Positions 29,160 to 37,783 are shown, numbered from the stretch's first letter. The stretch is 47,073 nt of DNA from an uncultured bacterium (GCA_903831595.1 CAIKXY010000001.1:1-47073), one strand, 5' to 3'. Notes: generated by a model from the letters alone, not told the origin. Program-made: numbers and translations.

Positions 29160-29552
29160 GGGGTAAGTCACCATCGAATTTGCCGCGTTGGAATGTTATC
29201 TTTCCCAATGTTGGACAGATTTTCCGTATGGCAGGTAGTGTCTCAATTAATTGATAATGAGCGGCTCAGTTCTACCGAAATAGAACTATCATAGCCTCCT
29301 ACCTACGCTTTGTGCCAAACGTCAATTCACATGGCCTATAAAGGGGAATTCAACCCTCTAAAAGCACAACCCTCAAACCTGCATACGACTAGCTGATGCC
29401 ACCCAAATTGGCTATCTCTAGTCTAAATGCAGAAGCCAAAAGGCTTAATGTCATGTTTCCACGGCTAGAAAGGCATATAATGCTCACCTCTAGACTATGG
29501 GAAACAAGCATGTTTGCAATTAGCGTTGTCTTCATTATAGTTTGACTACCCC
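29160..29552 (-). ncRNA. Unclassified structured RNA of about 390 nt containing a 23S rRNA L1-stalk-like module
   Basis: Promoter and terminator flank it; 5' GGGGTAGTCA pairs with 3' TGACTTACCCC; more than 10 nested stems with G-U pairs on minus; GC richer than its flanks; no credible ORF. Confidence 0.8.
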
Positions 29553-29558
29553 AAATAT

Positions 29559-29586
29559 ATTTTACATATAAATAGTAATTTGTCAA
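29559..29586 (-). promoter_or_regulatory. Sigma70-type promoter for the ncRNA
   Basis: TTGACA (29586-29581), 16-bp spacer, TAAAAT (29564-29559); the first G of the closing stem is 7 nt downstream. Confidence 0.75.
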
Positions 29587-29636
29587 CTATACATAGACTT
29601 TCTTAAAACGCAGTAACTTATTTAATAATATATTAC

Positions 29637-30200
29637 TTAATTCATTACTCCTTCAAGCACGCCAGCTGGTGTTACTTTCAAATATAAAGTTGCGCCTTGA
29701 GATGGTCGCGCAGTCATTGGCTCACCAGATTTTCTTTCCGCATAATTTACATAAAGTTCTTTTGCACTTGTATTTATTTGTGTTGTCTGTGGTGCAATTC
29801 TGTCACCAATAAAAAATGCATTTGTTGTTTTATAACCAGTTGAAGTTTTTAGTGCGACTACTACATAATAAAATATTCCACTACCACCCGTCTCTTGGCT
29901 GACAAGAAAAGCTTCATCTTGTAATCCATCGTCATTCAAATCTCCGTAAGATTCATTTCCAAAATATCTCGTAACTATTTTCGACGCCGATCCCACAGTC
30001 ACTGCTTTTTCTGATACTCCGTTTTTAAGTGTTACACTTTCTCCGTCAAGAATAAATGAGCTATTTTTACCATCAAAAGTATTTTGTGTTGTTATATTGC
30101 TTTTTGTTTGTAAATTATTGACTCCAGTATTTTTTATTATTGAATAGACAATAAAACCTAATAAAATAATAAGCAAAATAATTATTAATTTCTTTTTCAT
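29637..30200 (-). CDS. Membrane-anchored extracytoplasmic hypothetical protein
   Basis: MKKK plus hydrophobic anchor; GDLNDDG.QD and GGSGIFYY, IGDRIAPQ motifs. Confidence 0.75.
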   Translation of the reverse strand: MKKKLIIILLIILLGFIVYSIIKNTGVNNLQTKSNITTQNTFDGKNSSFILDGESVTLKNGVSEKAVTVGSASKIVTRYFGNESYGDLNDDGLQDEAFLVSQETGGSGIFYYVVVALKTSTGYKTTNAFFIGDRIAPQTTQINTSAKELYVNYAERKSGEPMTARPSQGATLYLKVTPAGVLEGVMN

Positions 30201-30290
30201 AAATCAATTGTAGCATAGCTAAGCATTATTGGTAGTTAAATATACGTTTTTTTATCACTTTTTTAGTGTATAATAGTGATTAAATATTAA

Positions 30291-31559
30291 ATGATTTCAA
30301 TTAGCAAATTAAAGGAGGATGCTTTTTTAAGGCACTATGTAATATATTTTATAGGCTCTATGATAGTCGCTGTTTTAAATTACCTTTTTTATCCTATTCT
30401 CGGTAGATTATTAAGCCCGTCTGAGTTTGGAGACATACAGGTTCTTATTTCACTGATTACACAAGCTGGCATTATTTTTGGAGCCTTTTCTCTCATATCC
30501 GTAAACATAACAGCCAATACAGAGAGTCCCCATGAAAGAAATGCTATTTTAAGTGAGCTACGAAAGATTTGTTATTATATTATTTTAGCAATCGTTTTAT
30601 TTTTATTAGTTTTTATTTTTAAATTAGAATCTTTTCTTAATCTAAGCACCGTATATCCCATAATCGGCCTTGTTATATTATTATTACTAAGTTCTACTGC
30701 CACTTTTCGAAGCGCTTTTCTTAATGGTAGTAAAAAGTTTGCCGAATTATCTATAAGCGGAATAATATCTTCTGGTGGTAGATTGGTATTTGCAATAATT
30801 TTAATTTTTTGTGGTTTGGGTCCAATCGGTGCAATTTTTGGAATTGTTCTAGCCCAAATCGCTACACTTCTTTTTCTTCATTTTCGTACAAAAGATTCAT
30901 TACAATTAGATACAAAAGCAAATCTACACACATTAGAAAAGGGTAGTATCAGAAAAGAAATCATTTACGGCATACTCATACTATTTTCTACAGGCTTAGT
31001 TACTTTTATATATACTTCTGATGTTTTAATTGTTAAACATTTTTTTGATGCGCATGATGCTGGTATATATAGCGGAATATCGGCGATAGGTAAGATAATA
31101 TTTTTCTTATTGTCACCAATAACAGCTATTATTATGGCCTCAATTAAGATAAAAAATACAGTCAAAGAAAACGCCTCAATTCTAATAAAATCAATATTAA
31201 TTTCATTAATACTGGGTATATCCGTACTACTTGCTTTTTTCTTATTTAATGGTATAGTAGTAAAAGTACTTTTGGGGCAAAATTATATGAGTTATTCATA
31301 CATTCTTCCAAAGGTCGGTATAGTGATGTTTCTCTCGTCTATAGTAAACGTTTTTGTTTACTATTTCCTCGCTCTTCGCAGATTCTTTCTAATAGGTATA
31401 TCCTGTATCGGCATATTAACACTCGGAGCACTTCTAATGTTTTATCACGGTAGTATTAATGCCGTATTAAATAGTCTTATCATTAGTCTTATAGTAATAA
31501 TATTCTTATTTTTTATATTTTATGTCAAAAATTATTTCAATCGTAGTACCAATATATAA
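30291..31559 (+). CDS. Oligosaccharide flippase (Wzx/MOP superfamily)
   Basis: About 12 TM helices; GRLLSPSEFG, SDVLIVKHFF..DAGIYS; upstream of a GT2 gene. Confidence 0.85.
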   Translation: MISISKLKEDAFLRHYVIYFIGSMIVAVLNYLFYPILGRLLSPSEFGDIQVLISLITQAGIIFGAFSLISVNITANTESPHERNAILSELRKICYYIILAIVLFLLVFIFKLESFLNLSTVYPIIGLVILLLLSSTATFRSAFLNGSKKFAELSISGIISSGGRLVFAIILIFCGLGPIGAIFGIVLAQIATLLFLHFRTKDSLQLDTKANLHTLEKGSIRKEIIYGILILFSTGLVTFIYTSDVLIVKHFFDAHDAGIYSGISAIGKIIFFLLSPITAIIMASIKIKNTVKENASILIKSILISLILGISVLLAFFLFNGIVVKVLLGQNYMSYSYILPKVGIVMFLSSIVNVFVYYFLALRRFFLIGISCIGILTLGALLMFYHGSINAVLNSLIISLIVIIFLFFIFYVKNYFNRSTNI

Positions 31560-31830
31560 TGAGGAAAAAAATATTCCGCTGATTAGCGCGGAACTTTTGA
31601 ATGTATTTTCTTCACTAAAATATGATTACGAAATTATTTTTATAAACGATGGATCCAAAGATGGTTCTCAACAAATAATCGAAAATCTAGCAAAAAATAA
31701 TGATAAAATTAAAAGTATAGAATTTTCTAAAAATTTTGGAAAAGAAGCCGCTACTTCAGCCGGCCTCGAATACTCGGCCGGCTCCGCTGCCATTATTATT
31801 GACGCAGATTTACAACACCAGCTCCAGTAG
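31522..31830 (+). pseudogene. 5' fragment of a family 2 glycosyltransferase (GtrB/DPM-like), truncated after DADLQH
   Basis: ISIVVPIYNEE, INDGSKD, SKNFGKEAA, IDADLQH, then a stop 3 codons later. Confidence 0.85.
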
Positions 31831-32210
31831 GACAAGTCTTGGGTGTATCTACATTCAATTTTAATTCAGATTTAAGATCTGGTATCTCAGGTGATGATGT
31901 AAGACAATTACAAACACAATTAAAAGCACAAGGTTTGTTTAATGGTCCTATTACAGGAACATTTGGTCCACTTACTTTACAAGCTGTAAAAGCTTTTCAA
32001 TTAGCTAACAAATTGCCACAGACAGGATTTGTAGGACCTTTGACAAGAGCTGCATTAAATAATTCAGCATCAACATCAAATGTTCCGTCAGTAACACCAA
32101 GTGGATCAAATCTAACAAACATGACACTAAAACAATTTGTTCAAATGTTGATTGATACAGGTGCAATTTCTCAGGATAAAATGGATGCAGCAAAAAAGTT
32201 TGTTCAATAA
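31812..32210 (+). pseudogene. 3' fragment of a surface protein with a peptidoglycan-binding domain
   Basis: Frame reads TTPAPVGQVLGVST-FNFNSDLRSGISGDDVRQLQ..ITGTFGPLTLQAVKAFQ..TGFVGPLTRAALN; no signal peptide or credible start. Confidence 0.8.
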
Positions 32211-32286
32211 TCTATAGATAGATAAACAATCACAAAAAACCACTTAAAAAGTGGTTTTTTGTTGGTATATTTTATATAATAGACTT

Positions 32287-33105
32287 ATGAAAAAAGCGCT
32301 GTGTTTTTATAAAATATTAATTATTGTTTTATTGTTGGCAACGCCAGCTCTTAAGCTTTTTGCACAAACTGCTTCATCTACTACACAAATAAATGCCGAA
32401 GTGCTAACTAACATTTGGTATTCCACCACGACGATAAATGAAAATGACAATATAAGTATTTATGCTGGTTTTCAAAATCATTCTATAAAAAATCTCTCAT
32501 TAACCGCTGGATTCTTTATAGACGATGTTCAGATTTCAAAGGCAGATTATGTTGCTAGCCCAAAAAGTTTGATTAAGCTATCAGCGACATATACAGCAGT
32601 AAAGGGAGGTCATACAGCACAAGCAAAAATACTTGATATAGCAGAAGTTGGTGGTAGCACAATTGATAAATTATCAGTAGAAAATTTGCTGGCAAAAGAC
32701 AGTGAAAAAAATAGCTTTAATGTCGTTCACCAGATTACCCAGCAGGAAGTAATTAATACCGCAAAAGATATTGCAAATACTGTTGCTGACACGGTTTCAA
32801 AAACTACAGACAGCGTTGTGAGGACGATTGATACACAAGCGGAAAAACTCGCTACATATGTTGAAAGTTTAAAACAACCAACATATCAAACTCCAAATAA
32901 CTCTGCAAAAACAATTTCGAAAACAACAGGGAAGGTCCTTGGTATTAGTACAGAAAATACACACAGCGCTTCATCTACTGTTAAAAACGCACAAGGTTTT
33001 TCAATAACAAACATATTACTTGATGCTTTGGCCTTTATAATTAGACACTGGATTTGGACATTGATTGTAGTTGTTGTAATTGTGCTCATTATATCTTTTA
33101 GATAA
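32287..33105 (+). CDS. Secreted protein with Ig-like N-domain, GKVLGIST motif and C-terminal TM anchor
   Basis: Signal peptide ending LFA-Q; C-terminal hydrophobic helix; TATAAT 6 nt before ATG 32287. Confidence 0.75.
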   Translation: MKKALCFYKILIIVLLLATPALKLFAQTASSTTQINAEVLTNIWYSTTTINENDNISIYAGFQNHSIKNLSLTAGFFIDDVQISKADYVASPKSLIKLSATYTAVKGGHTAQAKILDIAEVGGSTIDKLSVENLLAKDSEKNSFNVVHQITQQEVINTAKDIANTVADTVSKTTDSVVRTIDTQAEKLATYVESLKQPTYQTPNNSAKTISKTTGKVLGISTENTHSASSTVKNAQGFSITNILLDALAFIIRHWIWTLIVVVVIVLIISFR

Positions 33106-33160
33106 TTTTAAATAAAAAAAACACCGCGCGATTGCTCGCGCGGGTATCACATTTATTTTC

Positions 33161-33361
33161 TTATCTTTTAGTCAATGTAATCAGCCCCAAAAATCCTGAC
33201 CACACGATTGAAACTACCATCCATATCTTATAGTTATTTAGATATAGATATGTCCAACCGTTGGGACTTGTTGGGTGAACGATCAAATCAATTTTCACTA
33301 CCAACATAAGAATCATAAAAACAACTACTGCAACCGCCAAAAATACTGCTATTTTCTTCAT
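33161..33361 (-). CDS. Small two-TM hypothetical protein
   Basis: GGAGG SD; TTGACA-16-TATAAT at 33429-33402; CCGCGCGA/TCGCGCGG terminator downstream. Confidence 0.75.
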   Translation of the reverse strand: MKKIAVFLAVAVVVFMILMLVVKIDLIVHPTSPNGWTYLYLNNYKIWMVVSIVWSGFLGLITLTKR

Positions 33362-33489
33362 ATGACCTCCATGTCATAATAATAAAATCTATTGCCATAT
33401 AATTATATCATATTGCAATAATTTGTCAAATGATATACAATAATAGCAAATAAGTATTTTACTTTTTTATATAAAAAGCATAAAATATA

Positions 33490-34281
33490 ATGGTAAAAAA
33501 TATGTTTAATAAAAACAGAAATAAAAATAAATTTATTTGGCCAACAATCTCGGTAGTAGTTATCGTGTTGATTGTATCTGTATTTTTTATGCCATTTTCG
33601 CAGAAATTTTTAAAATATATTTCTGCAAAAATTTCACAGTTTGCCACAGTTATTTCTTCATCACTTGTATTGGGGACAAATGAATTTAGAGTCACAAATA
33701 ACGAAAGTGCCCTGAAGGAAAGTTCATTACTTAATCTCGCAGCACAAATGAAGGCAGATGATATGGCGGGTAAAGGATATTTTTCTCACGTAGCACCAAA
33801 TGGAGATTTGCCTTGGGTTTGGTTTAATAAAGTCGGTTATGATTATAGCTATGCCGGAGAAAATTTGGCAATTGATTTTACTGAGTCTTCTGATATTACG
33901 ACCGCTTGGATAAATTCTGCAAAACACAAAGCAAACTTATTGAATGCAAACTTTACTGAGATAGGTATTGGTATTGCTACTGGAACATATGAAGGTCACG
34001 CTACAACTTTTGTAGTGCAATTTTTTGCAAAACCATATATCAACACTGATGTCGCCACAGTTGGTTCTATTATTAAAACAGAAAAGCTTTCTACGACAAC
34101 AAAATCTGATGTCGCCGTAGTAACAAGATCTGACTTACCAAGCGGTGAAGTTCTCGGCGCCACCACAGAAAATAACAATCAAAATGGAGCGTTGCTGATC
34201 TCTGGTGTGCTTGTACTAATTATAGTAGTTATCAGCTTAAAACTTTTTTCAAATAGAAAAGAAAAGCAAAAAACTATTTAA
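33490..34281 (+). CDS. CAP/SCP domain protein with N- and C-terminal TM segments
   Basis: TNEFR, AAQMKADDM..GYFSH, AGENLA, WINSAKHKANLLN..FTEIGIG, VVQFF. Confidence 0.92.
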   Translation: MVKNMFNKNRNKNKFIWPTISVVVIVLIVSVFFMPFSQKFLKYISAKISQFATVISSSLVLGTNEFRVTNNESALKESSLLNLAAQMKADDMAGKGYFSHVAPNGDLPWVWFNKVGYDYSYAGENLAIDFTESSDITTAWINSAKHKANLLNANFTEIGIGIATGTYEGHATTFVVQFFAKPYINTDVATVGSIIKTEKLSTTTKSDVAVVTRSDLPSGEVLGATTENNNQNGALLISGVLVLIIVVISLKLFSNRKEKQKTI

Positions 34282-34284
34282 GTA

Positions 34285-35571
34285 TTAATAATCAAATTTC
34301 TCAAAATGAAGTTGTTCATTTGTGATACCAACTTTTTTTAATTGTTTTACCAAATTTGTCGTCATTTGGCTTGGTCCACAAAGATAATAATCTCTATCTT
34401 TATAATCAAGGCAAATTTCAATAATTTTTTCTACACTAATTCTATTGTGAACACCAAGGCTTGTATTAAAAAAATGGCTTTCAATTTGGCTTTGTTTTAT
34501 CTCATGCCAAAAATTTGTATCCTCTTCAGATTTATTTGAATAAAGCAAAATACCCAAGGATGTGTTATGTATTGATTTTATCATTGATAAGATAGGTGTA
34601 ATACCAATACCACCAGCAATAAATACATACTTATTATTTACTGAGTTTTTTAATGTAAATACTCCAAATGGGCCATCTATCCAAACTCTTGTACCAGCCT
34701 TGAGCTTTTCAATTTTAGAAGTAAAATCACCGGAAGCTTTTATTGTGAATCTTAAATGTTTTCCATTATATGTATCTGAAAAAGAGAATGGATGGTGAAA
34801 CATCATATTTTTCTGCAAAAAAATTAAATTTGCATATTGGCCACTTTGAAACATGTACTTAGCCATGTTTTTACCAGTAATATATATCGAATAAACATCT
34901 TCATTTTCTTGCACAATTTTCTCTATTTTAAATGAATGCACAAAATATAAATATATTGGCCGCAAAAATCTATAAATAATTAAAACGCCTATTGAAATAG
35001 TATTTATCAAAAACCAATAATACATTGCTCCACCGGAAGACATATCACCAGTCTTTATCTGGTGTCCAAGTGCAATTGCAATAGCGATATAAAGTGGTAA
35101 ATGTAAAAAGTACCATACCTCATAGCTAATTTTTACACGATATTTTTTAATAGATATAACCGCCACAAAAATTATAATCAGTAGCGCAAGTGTGGCACCA
35201 ACAATTCCTTCCCACCTAGTAATAAAATTTATAAATTGATCAATTAAACCGATATTTTTTGATTGTGCATAACCAATTGTGAGAAGTAGTGGATGACTGA
35301 TTAAAAAAACTCCCAAGAAAAACCCAATCTTTTTATGAATACTAATAAGTTTGTCAAAACCATATTGTTTTTCTATAAAAGTAAACCTACTAATCAGTAG
35401 CAGTTGAATTAAAATTAAAAATTCGCTCAAAAGACCAGCAAGTCTTCCGAGAGCAATAAATATGTCTCCACTTTTTGCACCATAAATTAAATAGCCAGAA
35501 TTTGTAAACCAAAAATACAAAATTATATAGAAATTAATTATTAATACAGCATTCCAAAATACTTTTTTCAT
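34285..35571 (-). CDS. Ferric reductase-like transmembrane domain fused to an FNR-type FAD/NAD(P)-binding oxidoreductase
   Basis: TM His residues (IHKK, SHP, FLHL, LGH), GQY, HPFS, GPFG, AGGIGITP, YLCGP, HFEKF. Confidence 0.92.
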   Translation of the reverse strand: MKKVFWNAVLIINFYIILYFWFTNSGYLIYGAKSGDIFIALGRLAGLLSEFLILIQLLLISRFTFIEKQYGFDKLISIHKKIGFFLGVFLISHPLLLTIGYAQSKNIGLIDQFINFITRWEGIVGATLALLIIIFVAVISIKKYRVKISYEVWYFLHLPLYIAIAIALGHQIKTGDMSSGGAMYYWFLINTISIGVLIIYRFLRPIYLYFVHSFKIEKIVQENEDVYSIYITGKNMAKYMFQSGQYANLIFLQKNMMFHHPFSFSDTYNGKHLRFTIKASGDFTSKIEKLKAGTRVWIDGPFGVFTLKNSVNNKYVFIAGGIGITPILSMIKSIHNTSLGILLYSNKSEEDTNFWHEIKQSQIESHFFNTSLGVHNRISVEKIIEICLDYKDRDYYLCGPSQMTTNLVKQLKKVGITNEQLHFEKFDY

Positions 35572-35581
35572 AATATGTTTA

Positions 35582-36019
35582 TTATTTTAAGTTACCCACA
35601 AAAACGTTTGATAGTCTGGAAACATCATGAGCTCCGACACGGCCGTACATTCTTGTCGCATCGACACCGCATCCTTGCAATATTCTATCAACACCTGCTG
35701 GGTGAGAATAAATGTAACTAGTAATATCATAAATTTTTCCGCTAACTACAGTCCAGCAACTTGTTTCGTTATTGTGTTGTGATACCTCAGCCAAAGAATA
35801 AGATGGGGTAGTCGATATAGTATTATTTTTAGGTGCTATATTTGTGTTGGTATTTGTTGATATAGAAACTTTTTTTGTTGGTAAGCTTTTGGTGGGTTGA
35901 TTTTTTACTGTTACTTTCGAAGTATTCTGAGTAGAATTGCTGTTTATTACAAAATATAAAATTATTGCCCCAATAAGAGCAATATTTATTGTCCATAAAA
36001 TTATCTCTCTATTTTTCAT
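35582..36019 (-). CDS. Membrane-anchored cytochrome b5-like protein
   Basis: YSLAEVSQHN..SCW....IYDIT....HPAG...CG.DAT......H. Confidence 0.9.
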   Translation of the reverse strand: MKNREIILWTINIALIGAIILYFVINSNSTQNTSKVTVKNQPTKSLPTKKVSISTNTNTNIAPKNNTISTTPSYSLAEVSQHNNETSCWTVVSGKIYDITSYIYSHPAGVDRILQGCGVDATRMYGRVGAHDVSRLSNVFVGNLK

Positions 36020-36079
36020 ATAAAATATTATAACACAACAAAATATACGTTTTTGAATATGTTTTGGGTGCTACCAAAA

Positions 36080-36970
36080 TCAATTTGGTTCAATATGAAC
36101 TAAAATTTTACCTAATTCAGGAATTTCTTTTTTTAAAATATCGTTAACTTCATGTGCTAGTCGGTGACCTTCTTTGACTGTTGTATTCGCGTCTATTGTA
36201 ACGTGTAAATCAACATGATATCTCATTCCGGCTTTTCTAACAAAACATTTTTCTGTATTTATTATGCCTTTAACAGTTAAAGATACATTATTAATTTTTG
36301 CTACTAAATCATCATGTATATCTTCATCCATTAATTCACTGATCGCTGGTCGAAAAATTTTGTAGCTATTATAGATAATAAAACAAGCTGCAAAAATTGC
36401 TGCAATATTGTCTGCAATAGCAAAATTTTCACCAAAAATAATAGCAATTGAAATCCCAATAAATGCTGCAACTGATGTTATTGCATCGCTTCTGTGGTGC
36501 CACGCTTCAGCTTTTAGTGAAGAGCTTTTTGTTATTTTACTTTTTCTATTTATTATTTGAAATATAATTTCTTTCCAAATAATAATTGGTGCAAGTATAA
36601 GTAATGTCCATGTGTGCGGTACTTTGTGCAAAATAAATATACCTACAATATTGTTTTGGATTATAAGTATAGCTGAAGCAAATAATATAAAAGAAACGAT
36701 AAGCGCTACTAATGACTCTGCTCTCCCATGCCCATATGGATGGTTTTCATCAGCTGGTCTACTTGAAAATTTTAGACCAAATAATACAAGAAAGGAGGAA
36801 AAAACGTCAGTTGTTGATTCTATCGCATCAGCAATTAAGGCATATGAATTACCAAAATATCCAGCAGCACCCTTTATAATTGAAATAAAGATGTTACCAA
36901 TAACGCTAAAAATCGCTGTTTTTTCAGCAATTTTTTGATTTTCTGAGGCTTGCACTGATATGTTATCCAT
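36080..36970 (-). CDS. Cation diffusion facilitator transporter (FieF-like)
   Basis: ALIADAIES..D, HPYGHGRAE, AWHHRSD, VHIEP. Confidence 0.94.
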   Translation of the reverse strand: MDNISVQASENQKIAEKTAIFSVIGNIFISIIKGAAGYFGNSYALIADAIESTTDVFSSFLVLFGLKFSSRPADENHPYGHGRAESLVALIVSFILFASAILIIQNNIVGIFILHKVPHTWTLLILAPIIIWKEIIFQIINRKSKITKSSSLKAEAWHHRSDAITSVAAFIGISIAIIFGENFAIADNIAAIFAACFIIYNSYKIFRPAISELMDEDIHDDLVAKINNVSLTVKGIINTEKCFVRKAGMRYHVDLHVTIDANTTVKEGHRLAHEVNDILKKEIPELGKILVHIEPN

Positions 36971-37121
36971 AAATTCATATTAAATATACAATTTATAATT
37001 CCTTATTGCAATTAATATAAAATATGCTATTAAATACATGTAGCAGGTATCCCAATCGTCACACTCCGAGTAATACCTCACCCAAGTAACAAAACAAAAA
37101 TGTTACTAAGGAGTGATTGGG

Positions 37122-37202
37122 ATGAAAATCTACTACGCAACACAGGACGGGTTGATATACTCAACTCTTGCTGAGGCACAAGAAGCCAAGGCATCAAGGT
37201 AA
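37122..37202 (+). CDS. Putative 26-aa peptide MKIYYATQDGLIYSTLAEAQEAKASR in a structured transcript
   Basis: AAGGAG SD 8 nt before ATG; upstream promoter-like TTGCAA..TGCTATT; downstream terminator. Confidence 0.5.
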   Translation: MKIYYATQDGLIYSTLAEAQEAKASR

Positions 37203-37213
37203 AACTTGGTCCG

Positions 37214-37253
37214 AAGGGCGACCCTATATTTTGTGAGGTGGGCGCCCTTTTTT
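37214..37253 (+). terminator. Intrinsic terminator
   Basis: AAGGGCG-A-CCC...GGG-CGCCCTT-TTTT. Confidence 0.8.
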
Positions 37254-37276
37254 AATGTAAACGATATTGGTCTAAG

Positions 37277-37783
37277 TTAAACTACTAGTAAATCATTAAT
37301 TTCTTTATAAGATTTTAGTTTTATGGTTTTGTGAAGGTGTGGCTCTAATAGTGCTTTATTTGTCTTTTCTTTATCATTCGCTATCCCAAAACGTTTGCGA
37401 GTGACATATATTAACATTTTTAATAAATCAGCAATCGATTCATAATCTCTTGTTGTTTTTCTTTTAATTAGAGTAAACCACTGAGAAAAAATATTACTCC
37501 ATTTTAAATGGATGATAACATCGGCTTTATCAAGGGCAGATTTATATAAGTGTGAGCTTGATCCTTCCACGATCCATTCATCAGTCTGGTACACCAAATC
37601 AATTTTCTTAATACTTTCTTGTCTGTCATGGCGCTCTGTAAATTTCTTTTTCCACAGAAAATCATCAGTTGAATATAGTGGAATATTCAATTTTTCTGAC
37701 AGTGCTTTTGCCAAAGTAGTTTTTCCACGACCAGATTCACCTATAACTAATATTTTTTTTGATTTAAATATTTTATCTTTCAT
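37277..37783 (-). CDS. P-loop kinase-like protein (adenylate kinase/FlaR-related)
   Basis: KILVIGESGRGKTTLA, TDDFLW, WIVEG; ATG at 37783. Confidence 0.85.
   Translation of the reverse strand: MKDKIFKSKKILVIGESGRGKTTLAKALSEKLNIPLYSTDDFLWKKKFTERHDRQESIKKIDLVYQTDEWIVEGSSSHLYKSALDKADVIIHLKWSNIFSQWFTLIKRKTTRDYESIADLLKMLIYVTRKRFGIANDKEKTNKALLEPHLHKTIKLKSYKEINDLLVV

Noticed and set aside
29160-29552. tmRNA, RNase P RNA or 23S rRNA fragment as the identity of the ncRNA
   Set aside because: No G3-U70, T arm or CCA end; no GGAAAGUC/P4 signature; rRNA similarity is limited to about 95 nt and the flanks fold independently.
29389-29586. 65-aa minus-strand ORF in the track
   Set aside because: Its TTG start is the -35 box TTGACA; no RBS; it overlaps the structured RNA.
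31522-32210. Programmed frameshift joining GT2 and the PG-binding domain
   Set aside because: The GT2 part lacks most of its catalytic domain and no slippery site is evident; deletion or misassembly is simpler.
37040-37135. 6S RNA
   Set aside because: The rod is only about 95 nt with a one-sided bubble; not fully excluded without cmscan.
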